64,000 nucleotides of DNA from IMG/VR virus record IMGVR_UViG_3300035701_000003. One strand, given 5' to 3'. Positions 26,740 through 36,833 of this stretch are shown one piece after another. Under the pieces are notes generated by a model. That model was not told the DNA's origin, did no database searches, and worked only from the letters and a program-made list of their open reading frames with translations. This DNA comes from a virus. Both the position numbers and the translations under genes were made by a program. Position 1 is the first letter of the stretch; each line of letters starts with the position of its first letter.

Positions 26740-28197
26740 ATGTCCGCTATTTATACCCCGCCAGGAGTGGATGTTGAAGTACTAGATAACCCCAGACTTA
26801 TCAATTTAGGCGAAGCCGCGAGAATTACAGCTATAGTAGGAATGGGACCTACCACAAGAATTGTAGCCGATGAGGCCCTTGTTAGAGGTACTGGTTCTAT
26901 TGATTACTTAAGTAACTATCCCGGTACTAATTTTAGCGTATCTCAGATAGCTGAGTATCCTGGTTTATATTCAGGACTTGTTAATTATATACTTCGTTCC
27001 TCTGGAGGAGGTTTATATAGTTTAGCTACCGCATCTATTAACGCTACTGGTTATATTACGTGGCCTGGAGGTACTGTTACTGATATACCTTCCGCAGGTA
27101 CTACTTATTACGTATCTTATACTTTTAATGTTCCTGATTCCCAATATACACCTTCCTTGTTTAACGATAAGCAGATGATTAAAGCTAAATTTGGTGCCGA
27201 AAGCGTATCAACAGGTATCCTTTCTATAGCTGGTTCTATTAACTTGGAGAACGGACCACCCGCAGTAATGTTATGTCAATCTCAGGGTTCTTCTTATAAT
27301 GAACAATCCTATAAGGATGCTATCGATAAGTTAAAAAAATATGATTTCGTCGAGCAGGTTGTAGTAGTATTTCCATCAGGTTCTGTAACTAGAGCACAGC
27401 AAGAAACTATTTTAACTTATGCTTTTAATCATGTATTAAGTATGGGGCAGAGCCGAAAAGAAAGAGGCCTTGTATCAGGTTCTCCTTCTTCACTTTACGC
27501 GTCTGGAGGTTTTGATATTATTGGCACTCCTGCAACTTCAGGTACCTATACATATAGGTCCACTGCAATCAAACAGAAGAATAGTATTTACGCGGTCCCT
27601 TCTGTTTGCTACAGAGTAGATGAAAGCGGAAATACCATGTTGTTAGATGGTAATTTTGCAGCTGCTGCTATTGCTGGAAAACAATGCTCTCAGCGTTTAA
27701 GAAGTACTCCTATTACTGGAATGGCTATTACAGGTGTTACGATGGATGATGAGAAATGGAACGATTCTGAAATGAATTTCCTCGCATCCAGTGGTTGTTT
27801 AGTATTACAAAGTAAATCTGGAATAATTAAAATAAGAGATGCTATTACAACAGATCCAGCAAATGCGGATACTCAAGAAATGAGTGTTATATCTCAGGAA
27901 AGATTAGTTAAAAGATCTTTAAGAAATGGTTTAGAGAATACCTACAAAGGTAAGGGTAAAGTTATATTACCGACAACTCCTAATGATGTTATAGCAACTA
28001 CTGAAGCTATATTAAGAACTTTAGTTAAAGAAGGAGAGATATACGGTTACGGAACTATTGATGATCCTGTTACAGGCGAGACTAAAATATCTGCTAAACA
28101 AAACTCAACGGAACCGAGAGCAATCGATGTGACATGCAGTGTGAAATACTTATACCCTTTAAAATGGATTCGCGTGACTGTCAGTACGTACGTCTAG
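26740..28197 (+). CDS. Tail sheath protein (contractile tail)
   Basis: N-terminal YTPPGV.V, AIVG, C-terminal E.N.L...G..VL......I.IRDAITT and ISQERL. It heads a sheath-tube-chaperone-TMP gene order. Confidence 0.88.
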   Translation: MSAIYTPPGVDVEVLDNPRLINLGEAARITAIVGMGPTTRIVADEALVRGTGSIDYLSNYPGTNFSVSQIAEYPGLYSGLVNYILRSSGGGLYSLATASINATGYITWPGGTVTDIPSAGTTYYVSYTFNVPDSQYTPSLFNDKQMIKAKFGAESVSTGILSIAGSINLENGPPAVMLCQSQGSSYNEQSYKDAIDKLKKYDFVEQVVVVFPSGSVTRAQQETILTYAFNHVLSMGQSRKERGLVSGSPSSLYASGGFDIIGTPATSGTYTYRSTAIKQKNSIYAVPSVCYRVDESGNTMLLDGNFAAAAIAGKQCSQRLRSTPITGMAITGVTMDDEKWNDSEMNFLASSGCLVLQSKSGIIKIRDAITTDPANADTQEMSVISQERLVKRSLRNGLENTYKGKGKVILPTTPNDVIATTEAILRTLVKEGEIYGYGTIDDPVTGETKISAKQNSTEPRAIDVTCSVKYLYPLKWIRVTVSTYV

Positions 28198-28266
28198 GCG
28201 TAAAAATTATGGAATCTTTGATATTGAAAATAAATCAATTTATATCTTCCGTTACCGTTAGCATCT

Positions 28267-28446
28267 ATGTATAATTGCTCAGCAATGGTAATATTTGCTT
28301 TATTGTTGATGTTTCTTTTAATAGTACACACAGCTATACTTTTTGTATTGACATCATTTTATAAAGCTTATATTAATAAAAAAGAAGAAAAGACATTACG
28401 TTTAACTAAGACGATAATTGTTCAAAAACTAAAAAAAGGAAAATAA
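28267..28446 (+). CDS. Small single-pass membrane protein (59 aa, below the track cutoff)
   Basis: MYNCSAMVIFALLLMFLLIVHTAILFVLTSFY followed by a basic tail; stop 2 nt before the next ATG. Confidence 0.5.
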   Translation: MYNCSAMVIFALLLMFLLIVHTAILFVLTSFYKAYINKKEEKTLRLTKTIIVQKLKKGK

Positions 28447-28447
28447 C

Positions 28448-28765
28448 ATGTTCGAATTACAAGCAGATCAGTTTGGCCTTATAAATTATGCATTTACAGA
28501 TGATGACGGCGTAACTCCAGCGGATGTTACTTCTATCGATGTTACTTCTTCTAACCCGGAATTTTTAGAAGTAGTAGCAGAACCCAAGACCGAAGTAGGT
28601 ATATATCCCTACAGACTGAATCATAAAGGAATTGGGGTTGGTACCTTGGATATGTTCGCAGAAGCTTGGGTTGATAAACCACCGTTTACCGATCAAGAAG
28701 CTTTTTCGACTATTCCAAATATAGCTGAAGGTTTCTCTAAGAGCATTGTGATAAACGAATTATAA
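28448..28765 (+). CDS. Hypothetical beta-rich acidic protein, possibly virion-associated
   Basis: Lies between the sheath and tube genes. Confidence 0.55.
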   Translation: MFELQADQFGLINYAFTDDDGVTPADVTSIDVTSSNPEFLEVVAEPKTEVGIYPYRLNHKGIGVGTLDMFAEAWVDKPPFTDQEAFSTIPNIAEGFSKSIVINEL

Positions 28766-28812
28766 ACTTAAGTAACAGAAGTACTTAAATATTTTTAGAA
28801 GGAGTATTTTAA

Positions 28813-29265
28813 ATGACTAGAATCCCGAATACCACTACGGTTGCTTCCTACGCATATACTGTTAAAGCAAACGGTGATGTTATTGGTACTCTTCAAGGTT
28901 TCAATCCTACCGCAAATAGGACTCTTGAAAGAATAAGAGAAATCATGAACACTTTAGAAGATATTGTAGAAATAATACCTGGTAGAACTGAGTTTAGTAT
29001 TACTTTAGATAGGTTAGAAACTTATAATAAAAGTATGATGGAAGCTCTTGGTTTTTCTACTTTCGAGGATATCTCTAAAGTAACTGATCCTATTCAGATA
29101 GTAGAGGAAGTAAGAGGACCTGTATCTTCAGGACCTTCTACTAGAATTATTACTTATGAACGTTGCTGGATACAATCATGGGGCAAAACTATTAGGGAAG
29201 GTACTATTACCGTAACCGAAAACGTAACTCTTTGGCCCGAAAGAATCATAACTTCTAGACAATAA
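28813..29265 (+). CDS. Tail tube protein
   Basis: 150 aa after the sheath gene; IG.LQ.F......LE.IREI, PG...FSITL.RL and YERCWI.SW. Confidence 0.8.
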   Translation: MTRIPNTTTVASYAYTVKANGDVIGTLQGFNPTANRTLERIREIMNTLEDIVEIIPGRTEFSITLDRLETYNKSMMEALGFSTFEDISKVTDPIQIVEEVRGPVSSGPSTRIITYERCWIQSWGKTIREGTITVTENVTLWPERIITSRQ

Positions 29266-29293
29266 TTACTTATAAACAAAAACAAGGTGTAAA

Positions 29294-29494
29294 ATGGACG
29301 ATCTCAAAAATAAAATTACCAATATTATAGCAATTTTAGTTGCTCTTGGTACCGTAATAGCAACCGCTCTTGACCGTGTGCCGGAAGGAGCGAAGTGGTA
29401 TATATGGGTAGGTGCCGTTGTAATAGCTGTTATAGCTTGGTTTGTTGGTAAAAATCCAGATGGTACTGCAAAAAAGAAACCCGTTATACAGTAA
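29294..29494 (+). CDS. Small two-TM membrane protein, holin-like
   Basis: Two hydrophobic helices and a charged C-terminal tail. Confidence 0.45.
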   Translation: MDDLKNKITNIIAILVALGTVIATALDRVPEGAKWYIWVGAVVIAVIAWFVGKNPDGTAKKKPVIQ

Positions 29495-29534
29495 TGGGTT
29501 TAACCGCTAATTAAGTATTTTTTTTTAATACCAT

Positions 29535-29583
29535 GGAGAAGTCACTCTGAGTATTTTAATACTCATTTGACTTCTCCTTTTTT
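29535..29583 (+). terminator. Long hairpin Rho-independent terminator
   Basis: GGAGAAGTCA...TGAGTATT-TT-AATACTCA...TGACTTCTCC followed by TTTTTT. Confidence 0.85.
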
Positions 29584-29604
29584 ATTCAAACATACGAGGG
29601 CCTT

Positions 29605-30309
29605 ATGAGACTACAAGAAGTAATTCCTATTAACCCCGTCGCGAGTTCCTTAGAGGAATTAGGAGCTTTAGGGGGTACTGGTCTTTATAAAATAAAACCT
29701 TTTAAGGACTGGAAAGGAGCGCCCGTTTGGAAAGAGAAAATCTTTACTTTTCGGCTTTGTAACGCTGGAGAAATTTTGGATATAGCATCTACAGTTAAAA
29801 GTACTTCTGAGAATGAAAGAATCATAGATACTAAAATTGAAGTTCTATCTCGCGCTTTACATTTGGTAAATGAGAGTCCTTTAATATCCCAAGAGGAACT
29901 TACTAAGTATAACGAAAACAATAAAACCGAATTTTCCTCCCAAAGGGAATGGATTGCGGTATACTTAAAGAACTTAGAAAATGTAGTACTTAATAGATTA
30001 TATGCAATCTATGAGGCGTTGGAGTATAAACAAATTCGACAATTACAGGGAGTAGTTCAAAGCGGTATTAACGGGGTTAATTATCCTAAAGCCTTAATCC
30101 CTGAAGGTTCCCTATATTTACAATATTCGTTACCCGAAATACTTACTTCCGATGAAATAGCAAACAATCCCGATTACTTAGAATCATTTGATATAGAGGA
30201 AAAAAAAGAGAAAGAAGTAGCCTCTGTTCCTGAAGTCGAAGTAGAAAAACCTAATACTGGAGATTCTTTTGAGGAACGCAAACAACGAAGGGAAGAAGAA
30301 GGCTCTTAA
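29605..30309 (+). CDS. Probable tail assembly chaperone
   Basis: Lies between the tube and TMP genes; acidic; FRL.NAGE and DTKIE.L.RAL..VN. Confidence 0.55.
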   Translation: MRLQEVIPINPVASSLEELGALGGTGLYKIKPFKDWKGAPVWKEKIFTFRLCNAGEILDIASTVKSTSENERIIDTKIEVLSRALHLVNESPLISQEELTKYNENNKTEFSSQREWIAVYLKNLENVVLNRLYAIYEALEYKQIRQLQGVVQSGINGVNYPKALIPEGSLYLQYSLPEILTSDEIANNPDYLESFDIEEKKEKEVASVPEVEVEKPNTGDSFEERKQRREEEGS

Positions 30310-30982
30310 AGTACAGTTTAGTTATGATGATATAACTAATCTTCTTTTTAACAACCAGTTTCCTAAATATGAAACTTATCCTTTCAAGAAATGGAAACAT
30401 TCCCTTTTAAGAAATATTCCCGTTGCTTTTGAAATAAGACATTCTGATAGGAGTAATATTGCTCCTAAGAACTTGCTTTCCGCTAAAATATACTTAAACC
30501 ATAACCTTTTAAAAACACCTTCTTTACTTTCGTTACCCCCTGTAGTTTTTTACTATTTAGTGGATGCTTACGCAGAAGTTCATACAATTTGGCAGGAATA
30601 TTTTTATGAGAATATTTCTGAATATTGTAAAAATCCTTTTTCTATTGTTAAATGGAATGAAGTAAAATATAATGGAATTCCTGGAAAAAGAACCGTTGAG
30701 AAGGCTATATGGGTTACTACTTGTGCTACTAAGGATAGAGAATTTTGGATGGATTTTGCTATCTCTATGAGAGAAAGTTTGTTAGGCTGGCTAAACCCTA
30801 AAATGTATGAAGTTTACCAGCAAAAGAAAGAAAAAACCAGGTATAATGTAAAGTATGATGAATTTCGATTGGCTATGGCAGAAGGAAGAATAAAAGATTT
30901 AGATGGCAAGTTACCAGATGATATATTAGAACCGGTAGATGAAAACAGCTTTTCAAATGAAGATTACGATATAGTGAAATAA
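30269..30982 (+). CDS. Probable second tail assembly chaperone-like protein
   Basis: TTG start 6 nt after GGAG, overlapping the previous gene by 41 nt; directly precedes the TMP gene. Confidence 0.45.
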   Translation: MRNANNEGKKKALKVQFSYDDITNLLFNNQFPKYETYPFKKWKHSLLRNIPVAFEIRHSDRSNIAPKNLLSAKIYLNHNLLKTPSLLSLPPVVFYYLVDAYAEVHTIWQEYFYENISEYCKNPFSIVKWNEVKYNGIPGKRTVEKAIWVTTCATKDREFWMDFAISMRESLLGWLNPKMYEVYQQKKEKTRYNVKYDEFRLAMAEGRIKDLDGKLPDDILEPVDENSFSNEDYDIVK

Positions 30983-30983
30983 G

Positions 30984-33194
30984 ATGGCTAAAGAAACCCC
31001 AGAACAAAATGTGAATTTTCAAGTTACAGGAGCTGAAAAGTTAGTAGGGGTTACTGCTGCTCTACAAGATTTCTCCAGCGTGCTTCAACAATTATTATCC
31101 AATCCTTTAGGGGGCGGCTATGTAGCTAGAAGAGCTCATGATATGCTGATGGATAATTTTGTAAAACCTATGAAGGAGTTTAAAAACCTAACTAAAGAAC
31201 AACAATTTGAATTAGATAAATTAGTAGCAAGATCTAGAAATTTAACTACTATAGCTGGTGTTATTACCAGTTTAGCCTTAGGAATGACCGAATTAGTAAG
31301 ATCTACTAGAGTAGCTTCCGCTGAGTTGGGACGATTTTTTAGTTTAGATAATTTACCAGGTGGCGCAAAGACTTTATACAGAGGACAATTAAATTTACAA
31401 AAAGAGACTTTATTAAAATCTTTAGAATATAATGAAGCTTTTGCTAAAGACTATGAAGATATATATAAGGAATTAGCTCGTAAAATAAAGGCGGATATGC
31501 CTAATGCTGATGATCTTAAAATAAAAGATCTTATTGAACAATTAGCTATCCTGCAAAAAGGCACCGGTGTTTCTATACAACCGTTTGTACAGTTAAGAGA
31601 TTCTTTAGAATCTTTTGGTATTGAAATAGAGGATGTTACGTATTTATATAAGTTACTGATATCTGAAACGGTTGCAAAGGGGGGTAAATTTCAAGAATTT
31701 AGTCCTCAAGAAATTATTGAGTTGTTTATAGGAGCTGTACTAAATAGAAGAGGAGGAACATTACCGCAAGAAACTATACGCCAAACTCTTACTTTAGCTG
31801 AAACTTATGGTCCTATTGCAGGACCTCGTCAAATAGAACAACTTCAAACTATAATCCCCGGCTTTCAAAACGAATTAGAAAACAATATGAAAGCTCAGAC
31901 GCTTTTTGGTATTACCCCCTCTATGATGAGGGGTACTGAAGGAGCTGTTAATATAGTGAATTCTCTGATTAAGTTTATGCATAAGCAAACAGGAGGGAAA
32001 CCGCAAGCTAATATAATGGATATGTTTAGGAAAAGCGCTTACGGAGTAGTTGTACCCGAGTCAGTTGGTTTAGATAAAGATATGTTACAGTTACTAAATA
32101 GTTTAAAAGAAGTAAAAGATGCAAGTACTAGCGTTGCTGATAGCTTTGATAAGTGGGGTGTGAAGAAAAATCTATTAGATGATACCGATAAGATGAAGCA
32201 GACTATTGGAACTATGGAAAAATCCTTATGGATGTCTTCTAATATATTTGAATTAATAGGTAATCTTGGTAAGTATGGGGTGGCCCAATTTCAAACAGGA
32301 CTTAGTAATTTAACGGGTGGTGTAGGGGGGCAGGGGGGCGTGCAAATACCCGAGTGGGCGATACAAGGGGGTATTTTAGCAGGTAGTTCTTTATTTATGG
32401 GGCGCAGGCTAACGGGGGGTTTGCGAAAAGGAATGCAAACACTCGCTGAAAAGATAGGTCAACAGATTAATCCCTCAGAAGTTAACGCTGGACTTAAGCA
32501 CGTTCCTTGGGGGCAAGTTATAGCTGAAAAGACTCCCGTCGCTGGGGAAATAGAGACCGCCTTAACTACTAGTACTAGAGTAGCACGTCTTGGAACTTGG
32601 GCGGGTAGAGTATTTTGGCCAACTTTACTAGGTACTATGATATATGTAATAGGAAATGAATTACTTAGCAAATCCCCCGAGGAAATTGCAAGGTTATCCC
32701 GTGCAACGCGGAAATTCGGGCCTAAATTTACATTTCCTCCTCCTGAAAAAGGACCCACTCCTTTGGATGCTTTACAAACAAATACTTTACAGGGATTAAC
32801 AGGAGCTGATTTAATATTACCAGGAGAACTATATGGAGATCCTAAAGCTATAGAGCAAGGTAAAAAATTACGCGAATTAAGACGTTTTAAGCAAAGACTC
32901 GGAGCTACAGAAACTTCTGTATTTTCTCCCGAAACTATAGCCCCTTCTTGGTTTTCTAATTCTCAAAAAAGAGAGCAATGGGATACTACTGATGATTTGT
33001 TAAATCTAGTAAAAGGAAGTAAAGTTACTAAGGGGGAGGAGATTAAGAAAGAAGGAGAAGGCAAAGATTTTGGTACTCTTAATGTAATATTTTCTAACGA
33101 CAAAGGCGATATACTCGCGCAAACTACTGTAGATAACCAAATGAAACAAACTGCTATTAGAATAGCTATATCATCAGAAATAGGAATAGGGTAA
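30984..33194 (+). CDS. Tape measure protein
   Basis: 736 aa, helical, Ala/Gly-rich with hydrophobic segments, in the canonical position. Confidence 0.75.
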   Translation: MAKETPEQNVNFQVTGAEKLVGVTAALQDFSSVLQQLLSNPLGGGYVARRAHDMLMDNFVKPMKEFKNLTKEQQFELDKLVARSRNLTTIAGVITSLALGMTELVRSTRVASAELGRFFSLDNLPGGAKTLYRGQLNLQKETLLKSLEYNEAFAKDYEDIYKELARKIKADMPNADDLKIKDLIEQLAILQKGTGVSIQPFVQLRDSLESFGIEIEDVTYLYKLLISETVAKGGKFQEFSPQEIIELFIGAVLNRRGGTLPQETIRQTLTLAETYGPIAGPRQIEQLQTIIPGFQNELENNMKAQTLFGITPSMMRGTEGAVNIVNSLIKFMHKQTGGKPQANIMDMFRKSAYGVVVPESVGLDKDMLQLLNSLKEVKDASTSVADSFDKWGVKKNLLDDTDKMKQTIGTMEKSLWMSSNIFELIGNLGKYGVAQFQTGLSNLTGGVGGQGGVQIPEWAIQGGILAGSSLFMGRRLTGGLRKGMQTLAEKIGQQINPSEVNAGLKHVPWGQVIAEKTPVAGEIETALTTSTRVARLGTWAGRVFWPTLLGTMIYVIGNELLSKSPEEIARLSRATRKFGPKFTFPPPEKGPTPLDALQTNTLQGLTGADLILPGELYGDPKAIEQGKKLRELRRFKQRLGATETSVFSPETIAPSWFSNSQKREQWDTTDDLLNLVKGSKVTKGEEIKKEGEGKDFGTLNVIFSNDKGDILAQTTVDNQMKQTAIRIAISSEIGIG

Positions 33195-33195
33195 T

Positions 33196-34011
33196 ATGTC
33201 AAGAATTCCTTTTAGAATATATACATTTAGAAATCCTGGTTTAGTACTGCCCGAAGGAAGCACTGGTCAAGAGGTCGGAGCTTGGAGATATATACAAGGT
33301 AAAACAGAAGAAGATATTCAACCTATAATAGGAACTATTCTCGAGAATGCCGTAGGCCAAATACCTTTAGCTACAACTAACTTTTTGGCTACTGTAAGCG
33401 AGGAATCTTTAATAAATCCTTTAATTGTTTATACTAACGATCCTGGTTATCCTGCTGCTTTAACAATAAATGTTGAAAATACGATATTCTTTATCCCACG
33501 TGCTAGATTAGATGATACTGTGGCTTTACAAGCGCCCCCCGTATTTGAATTTTACGTTAATCCTCAAAGAATAAGTTTTAATCATCAAAAAATAATAAGT
33601 GAAGTAAGAACCCGAGGGGGTTGGGATGTACAACATTGGGGAGAAAAATTAACAGAAATTACAGTGGAGGGAATTACGGGTGGCTTACATCGTGATGGAA
33701 CTAGATCTCTTAAACCTGGGGGTTACGGCCAAAGTTTAAAACCCACAGAGGATATTAGGGATTCTTCCGCTTGGCAACGTTTAAGAACCTTACGTCTTAT
33801 ATATGATACAGATCATAGTATATTAGCTACTAATAAAAGAAATTATAAATTAGGTTTTAGTATATATGAAGATTTTTATACTGGATATTTCCAAAGTTTT
33901 AATGGTCCTGAAATTTCATCTGATAAACCTTATTTAATAACTTTTTCTTTTACCTTTAAAGTAGAAGAAAAAGGAAGTCTCGATACAATTATAAACCCAA
34001 GTGAGGGATAA
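33196..34011 (+). CDS. Baseplate/tail tube initiator protein
   Basis: FYVNPQ.ISF....IISEVRTRGGW.VQHWG..L.EI...G.TG, immediately after the TMP gene. Confidence 0.6.
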   Translation: MSRIPFRIYTFRNPGLVLPEGSTGQEVGAWRYIQGKTEEDIQPIIGTILENAVGQIPLATTNFLATVSEESLINPLIVYTNDPGYPAALTINVENTIFFIPRARLDDTVALQAPPVFEFYVNPQRISFNHQKIISEVRTRGGWDVQHWGEKLTEITVEGITGGLHRDGTRSLKPGGYGQSLKPTEDIRDSSAWQRLRTLRLIYDTDHSILATNKRNYKLGFSIYEDFYTGYFQSFNGPEISSDKPYLITFSFTFKVEEKGSLDTIINPSEG

Positions 34012-34615
34012 AATGGACTGGAGAAATACATTAAGTTTTCTTAAACAAACTGATCAAGAAGTTCCTCTTACTTTAGATTATATAAGAGATGGCAATATTA
34101 AACCCGGCGACTTCGTAACTTCTAAAGGTACTTCTATTCGTCCAGAGGATAATAAAGTTATTTTTAAACCTTTTGCTTTGTATAAAGTACTTGAAATTTA
34201 TCCGCAAGAAGGCCCTGGCGTTCAAGGACTTATACTAAATTCTGAATTAGGTAAATGGTACATACATTTTGGTAAAGATGGGGGGGCTAACTATTTCTAT
34301 CATGCTACTTTAACTCCAGAAGAGGAATTAGGTCAATTAGAAGGCCTTCCTTTTCGAATTATGGAGATGCTACATACTTATAAAAGTATAACTAGAAATA
34401 CTTTAATTTCGGAGATATTACAAGAAAATTATAGTGAAGATAAAAAGAAAATGGATTCGTTAAAGAATGACGTTTTTAGAGCTATCAAATTACTATTAGA
34501 CGCTGGTAAAATTCAAAGAGCTAAAAGACCAGGTTTTTACGAACTTAGTTTAGATGGTCAAAAGGAAATGCAAGAGCACTATAAAGGTCCTTTAGATAAT
34601 AACACTCCGGAGTAA
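34001..34615 (+). CDS. Hypothetical protein in the tail module (possible C-terminal winged helix)
   Basis: 204-aa ORF; C-terminal V..AI..L...GKI.R...G.YEL. Confidence 0.55.
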   Translation: MRDKMDWRNTLSFLKQTDQEVPLTLDYIRDGNIKPGDFVTSKGTSIRPEDNKVIFKPFALYKVLEIYPQEGPGVQGLILNSELGKWYIHFGKDGGANYFYHATLTPEEELGQLEGLPFRIMEMLHTYKSITRNTLISEILQENYSEDKKKMDSLKNDVFRAIKLLLDAGKIQRAKRPGFYELSLDGQKEMQEHYKGPLDNNTPE

Positions 34616-34619
34616 TTCT

Positions 34620-36833
34620 TTGGCTGATATTAACGCTGATATAGGCGGAACTACTAATAATGTTGTAAGACATGTAAGTCCCAACGCCGCTGTCTTTTTT
34701 GTTAAGGGATTCGGGCAGGAAATTATAGCACAAGAGGTAATAATTGCTGATAATATTAAAGATGAAAAAACTATTGCTTCTATTGATGTTACTCTTACCG
34801 TTAGAAACAGTCCTGGTACCTTTACTTTACAGTTAAGAGATCCTGATAACATATTTATTTTGGAAGATAATCCTAATACTGAGATAGCAGCCTTAAAGAA
34901 AAATAGTCAGGCGAAGATTTATACTAGAGTAATGGGGGAGGAGAAGAAGGTAGTTGAAGATAAGAAATCAGGTCATACTTCCGGTTCTGTAACTTCTATT
35001 AATAAAGAATATCAATCTTATCCCGGAGAGTATTACTCTTGGCAGGATTATAACGACTGGTCTAAAGGATATCATATTGTTTTAGAAGATACTAAGACTA
35101 AACAAAGATATCCTACTCAATTTATTACAACTGAAGGTACTGTAAAAGAGAGATGGGCTTTTGATGAATTAGGTAATATTATATATGTATCTCTCCAAAG
35201 TTCAAAATACACAGACGTGCCTACCGAAGAGGCGTTATTAGCCGAGTTTGGAAGTTCTAGTACTACTAAAGAAAAAAAGTTTAGGATATCTAATGTTGAC
35301 GGCAGCTTGAATGTGACAGAAAACCCTCTTATAGCTCACCGTTATTATAATAAGGAACTCGTCGATGGACCCTACAGAGATTACAATGAGCAAGGCCCCC
35401 CCGGCCTGTTTCCGAAAGGTAAATGCCGGGTATCTCCTATGGATAGAGTTATAATTTTTATGACTCCGCGATTTGATAAAGATGGACACTTTAATCAAGG
35501 TGATAATGCTACTTATATGACTCCTGTTTTTACTGGGGTTGTTAACTCTGCTCAGCAAGGTTATAGCGATGGTCAGCATACTATTACAGTACAGGGAGAA
35601 GATGTTACAAAATATTTAAAACTATCTATAATTAACGTAAACCCCGCTTTAAATACGGGCAGAGAAATAGCGGGTCAATATAAGGACGAACCTATTACGA
35701 TTTGGGCCCATATATTTTTAGGATTAACTACCCCCGAAATTATTAGAGTTATTTGTTTAGGTACTGAAAGTTTATCAGGCGGGCGAAGAGGTACTCTTAA
35801 TCAAAAAATAGATGGAGTAGGTTTTTATAAGTTAGCCGCTGATAAAGGCGATCTAAAATTCTATGAGTATAATCCCAGTACTGATATGCCGACTCTTGAA
35901 GATAAAATGTCTGGAGTGCAGGTAACTAAAGCTAGTTTTAAGGAGACTTTGGGAAGTTTATTTAGCAATATTGCTGTACATATATATGATCCTTACCGAC
36001 AAGGTGGTGCTATTGATTTAGAAGGTTGGCGACCCTATGCATTATCTTTAGGTAATAATTGGAGTTTTTACCAAGCTGATTTTAAGACTAGAAGAGATAT
36101 AGCTTATAAAGCCGCAGAAGATAGTTTTTTTAATTTTTATGCTGATAGAAAAGGACATATTTGGTTTCATCCATATCGTTACGATATTTCTTGGATACTG
36201 GGGGCCAAAAATCCTAAAGTATATATTATAGATAATCCCAGTATTATAAGTTACGGGTTTATAGAAGATGATAGCGAACTATTTACTGAAGTTCAGGTTT
36301 CTACAGAACCCTCTTTTGGCATGGGGGAATTAAATAATATTGGCTTTTATACTGGTGCTATTAGAGATGATAATGCTATGTTAAAATATGGGCAAAGAAT
36401 CTTTGTTGGAGTAAATCCCGTAATAAATGTTAATGTTTCAAAAAGTCCTTATGTTAAAGAAACAGAACCTTCCATTAATAGAGGGATGATAGCCGCATCT
36501 ATTAATATTTTTGCAAAATCTTTATTGAAAAGACTTTTAGCAGGAAAATATCAAGGACAAGTTACTATAGTTGGAAGACCAGAGATAGATCCTGGGAGAC
36601 CCGTTTATATACCTATACGTAATATGATTTATTATGTAGAGACTGTAGAACATTCTTTTACTTTTGGAAATACTTTTACAACTACTTTACACTTAAGTTA
36701 CGGAAGGAAGCCTTGGGAGTTTCTACCAGAGTTATTAACTTTTTCTGAGAATGACGAAATTTATCTAACGGACGCTACTGCTTTTGATAGAAGGAAAGGT
36801 ACGGAGTTACAAGGTGACGATACGAACAAATGA
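34620..36833 (+). CDS. Baseplate hub protein (gp27/VgrG-like)
   Basis: PGTFTLQL, VFTGVV, ITVQGED, FY.D..G.I.F, G.VTIVGRPEIDPGRPV and YYVE.VEHSF......TTL.L.YGR. Confidence 0.75.
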   Translation: MADINADIGGTTNNVVRHVSPNAAVFFVKGFGQEIIAQEVIIADNIKDEKTIASIDVTLTVRNSPGTFTLQLRDPDNIFILEDNPNTEIAALKKNSQAKIYTRVMGEEKKVVEDKKSGHTSGSVTSINKEYQSYPGEYYSWQDYNDWSKGYHIVLEDTKTKQRYPTQFITTEGTVKERWAFDELGNIIYVSLQSSKYTDVPTEEALLAEFGSSSTTKEKKFRISNVDGSLNVTENPLIAHRYYNKELVDGPYRDYNEQGPPGLFPKGKCRVSPMDRVIIFMTPRFDKDGHFNQGDNATYMTPVFTGVVNSAQQGYSDGQHTITVQGEDVTKYLKLSIINVNPALNTGREIAGQYKDEPITIWAHIFLGLTTPEIIRVICLGTESLSGGRRGTLNQKIDGVGFYKLAADKGDLKFYEYNPSTDMPTLEDKMSGVQVTKASFKETLGSLFSNIAVHIYDPYRQGGAIDLEGWRPYALSLGNNWSFYQADFKTRRDIAYKAAEDSFFNFYADRKGHIWFHPYRYDISWILGAKNPKVYIIDNPSIISYGFIEDDSELFTEVQVSTEPSFGMGELNNIGFYTGAIRDDNAMLKYGQRIFVGVNPVINVNVSKSPYVKETEPSINRGMIAASINIFAKSLLKRLLAGKYQGQVTIVGRPEIDPGRPVYIPIRNMIYYVETVEHSFTFGNTFTTTLHLSYGRKPWEFLPELLTFSENDEIYLTDATAFDRRKGTELQGDDTNK

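Noticed and set aside
28209-28446. Readthrough or frameshift joining the 21-codon ORF at 28209 to the membrane ORF at 28267
   Set aside because: No slippery site or recognisable protein results, so there is not enough evidence.
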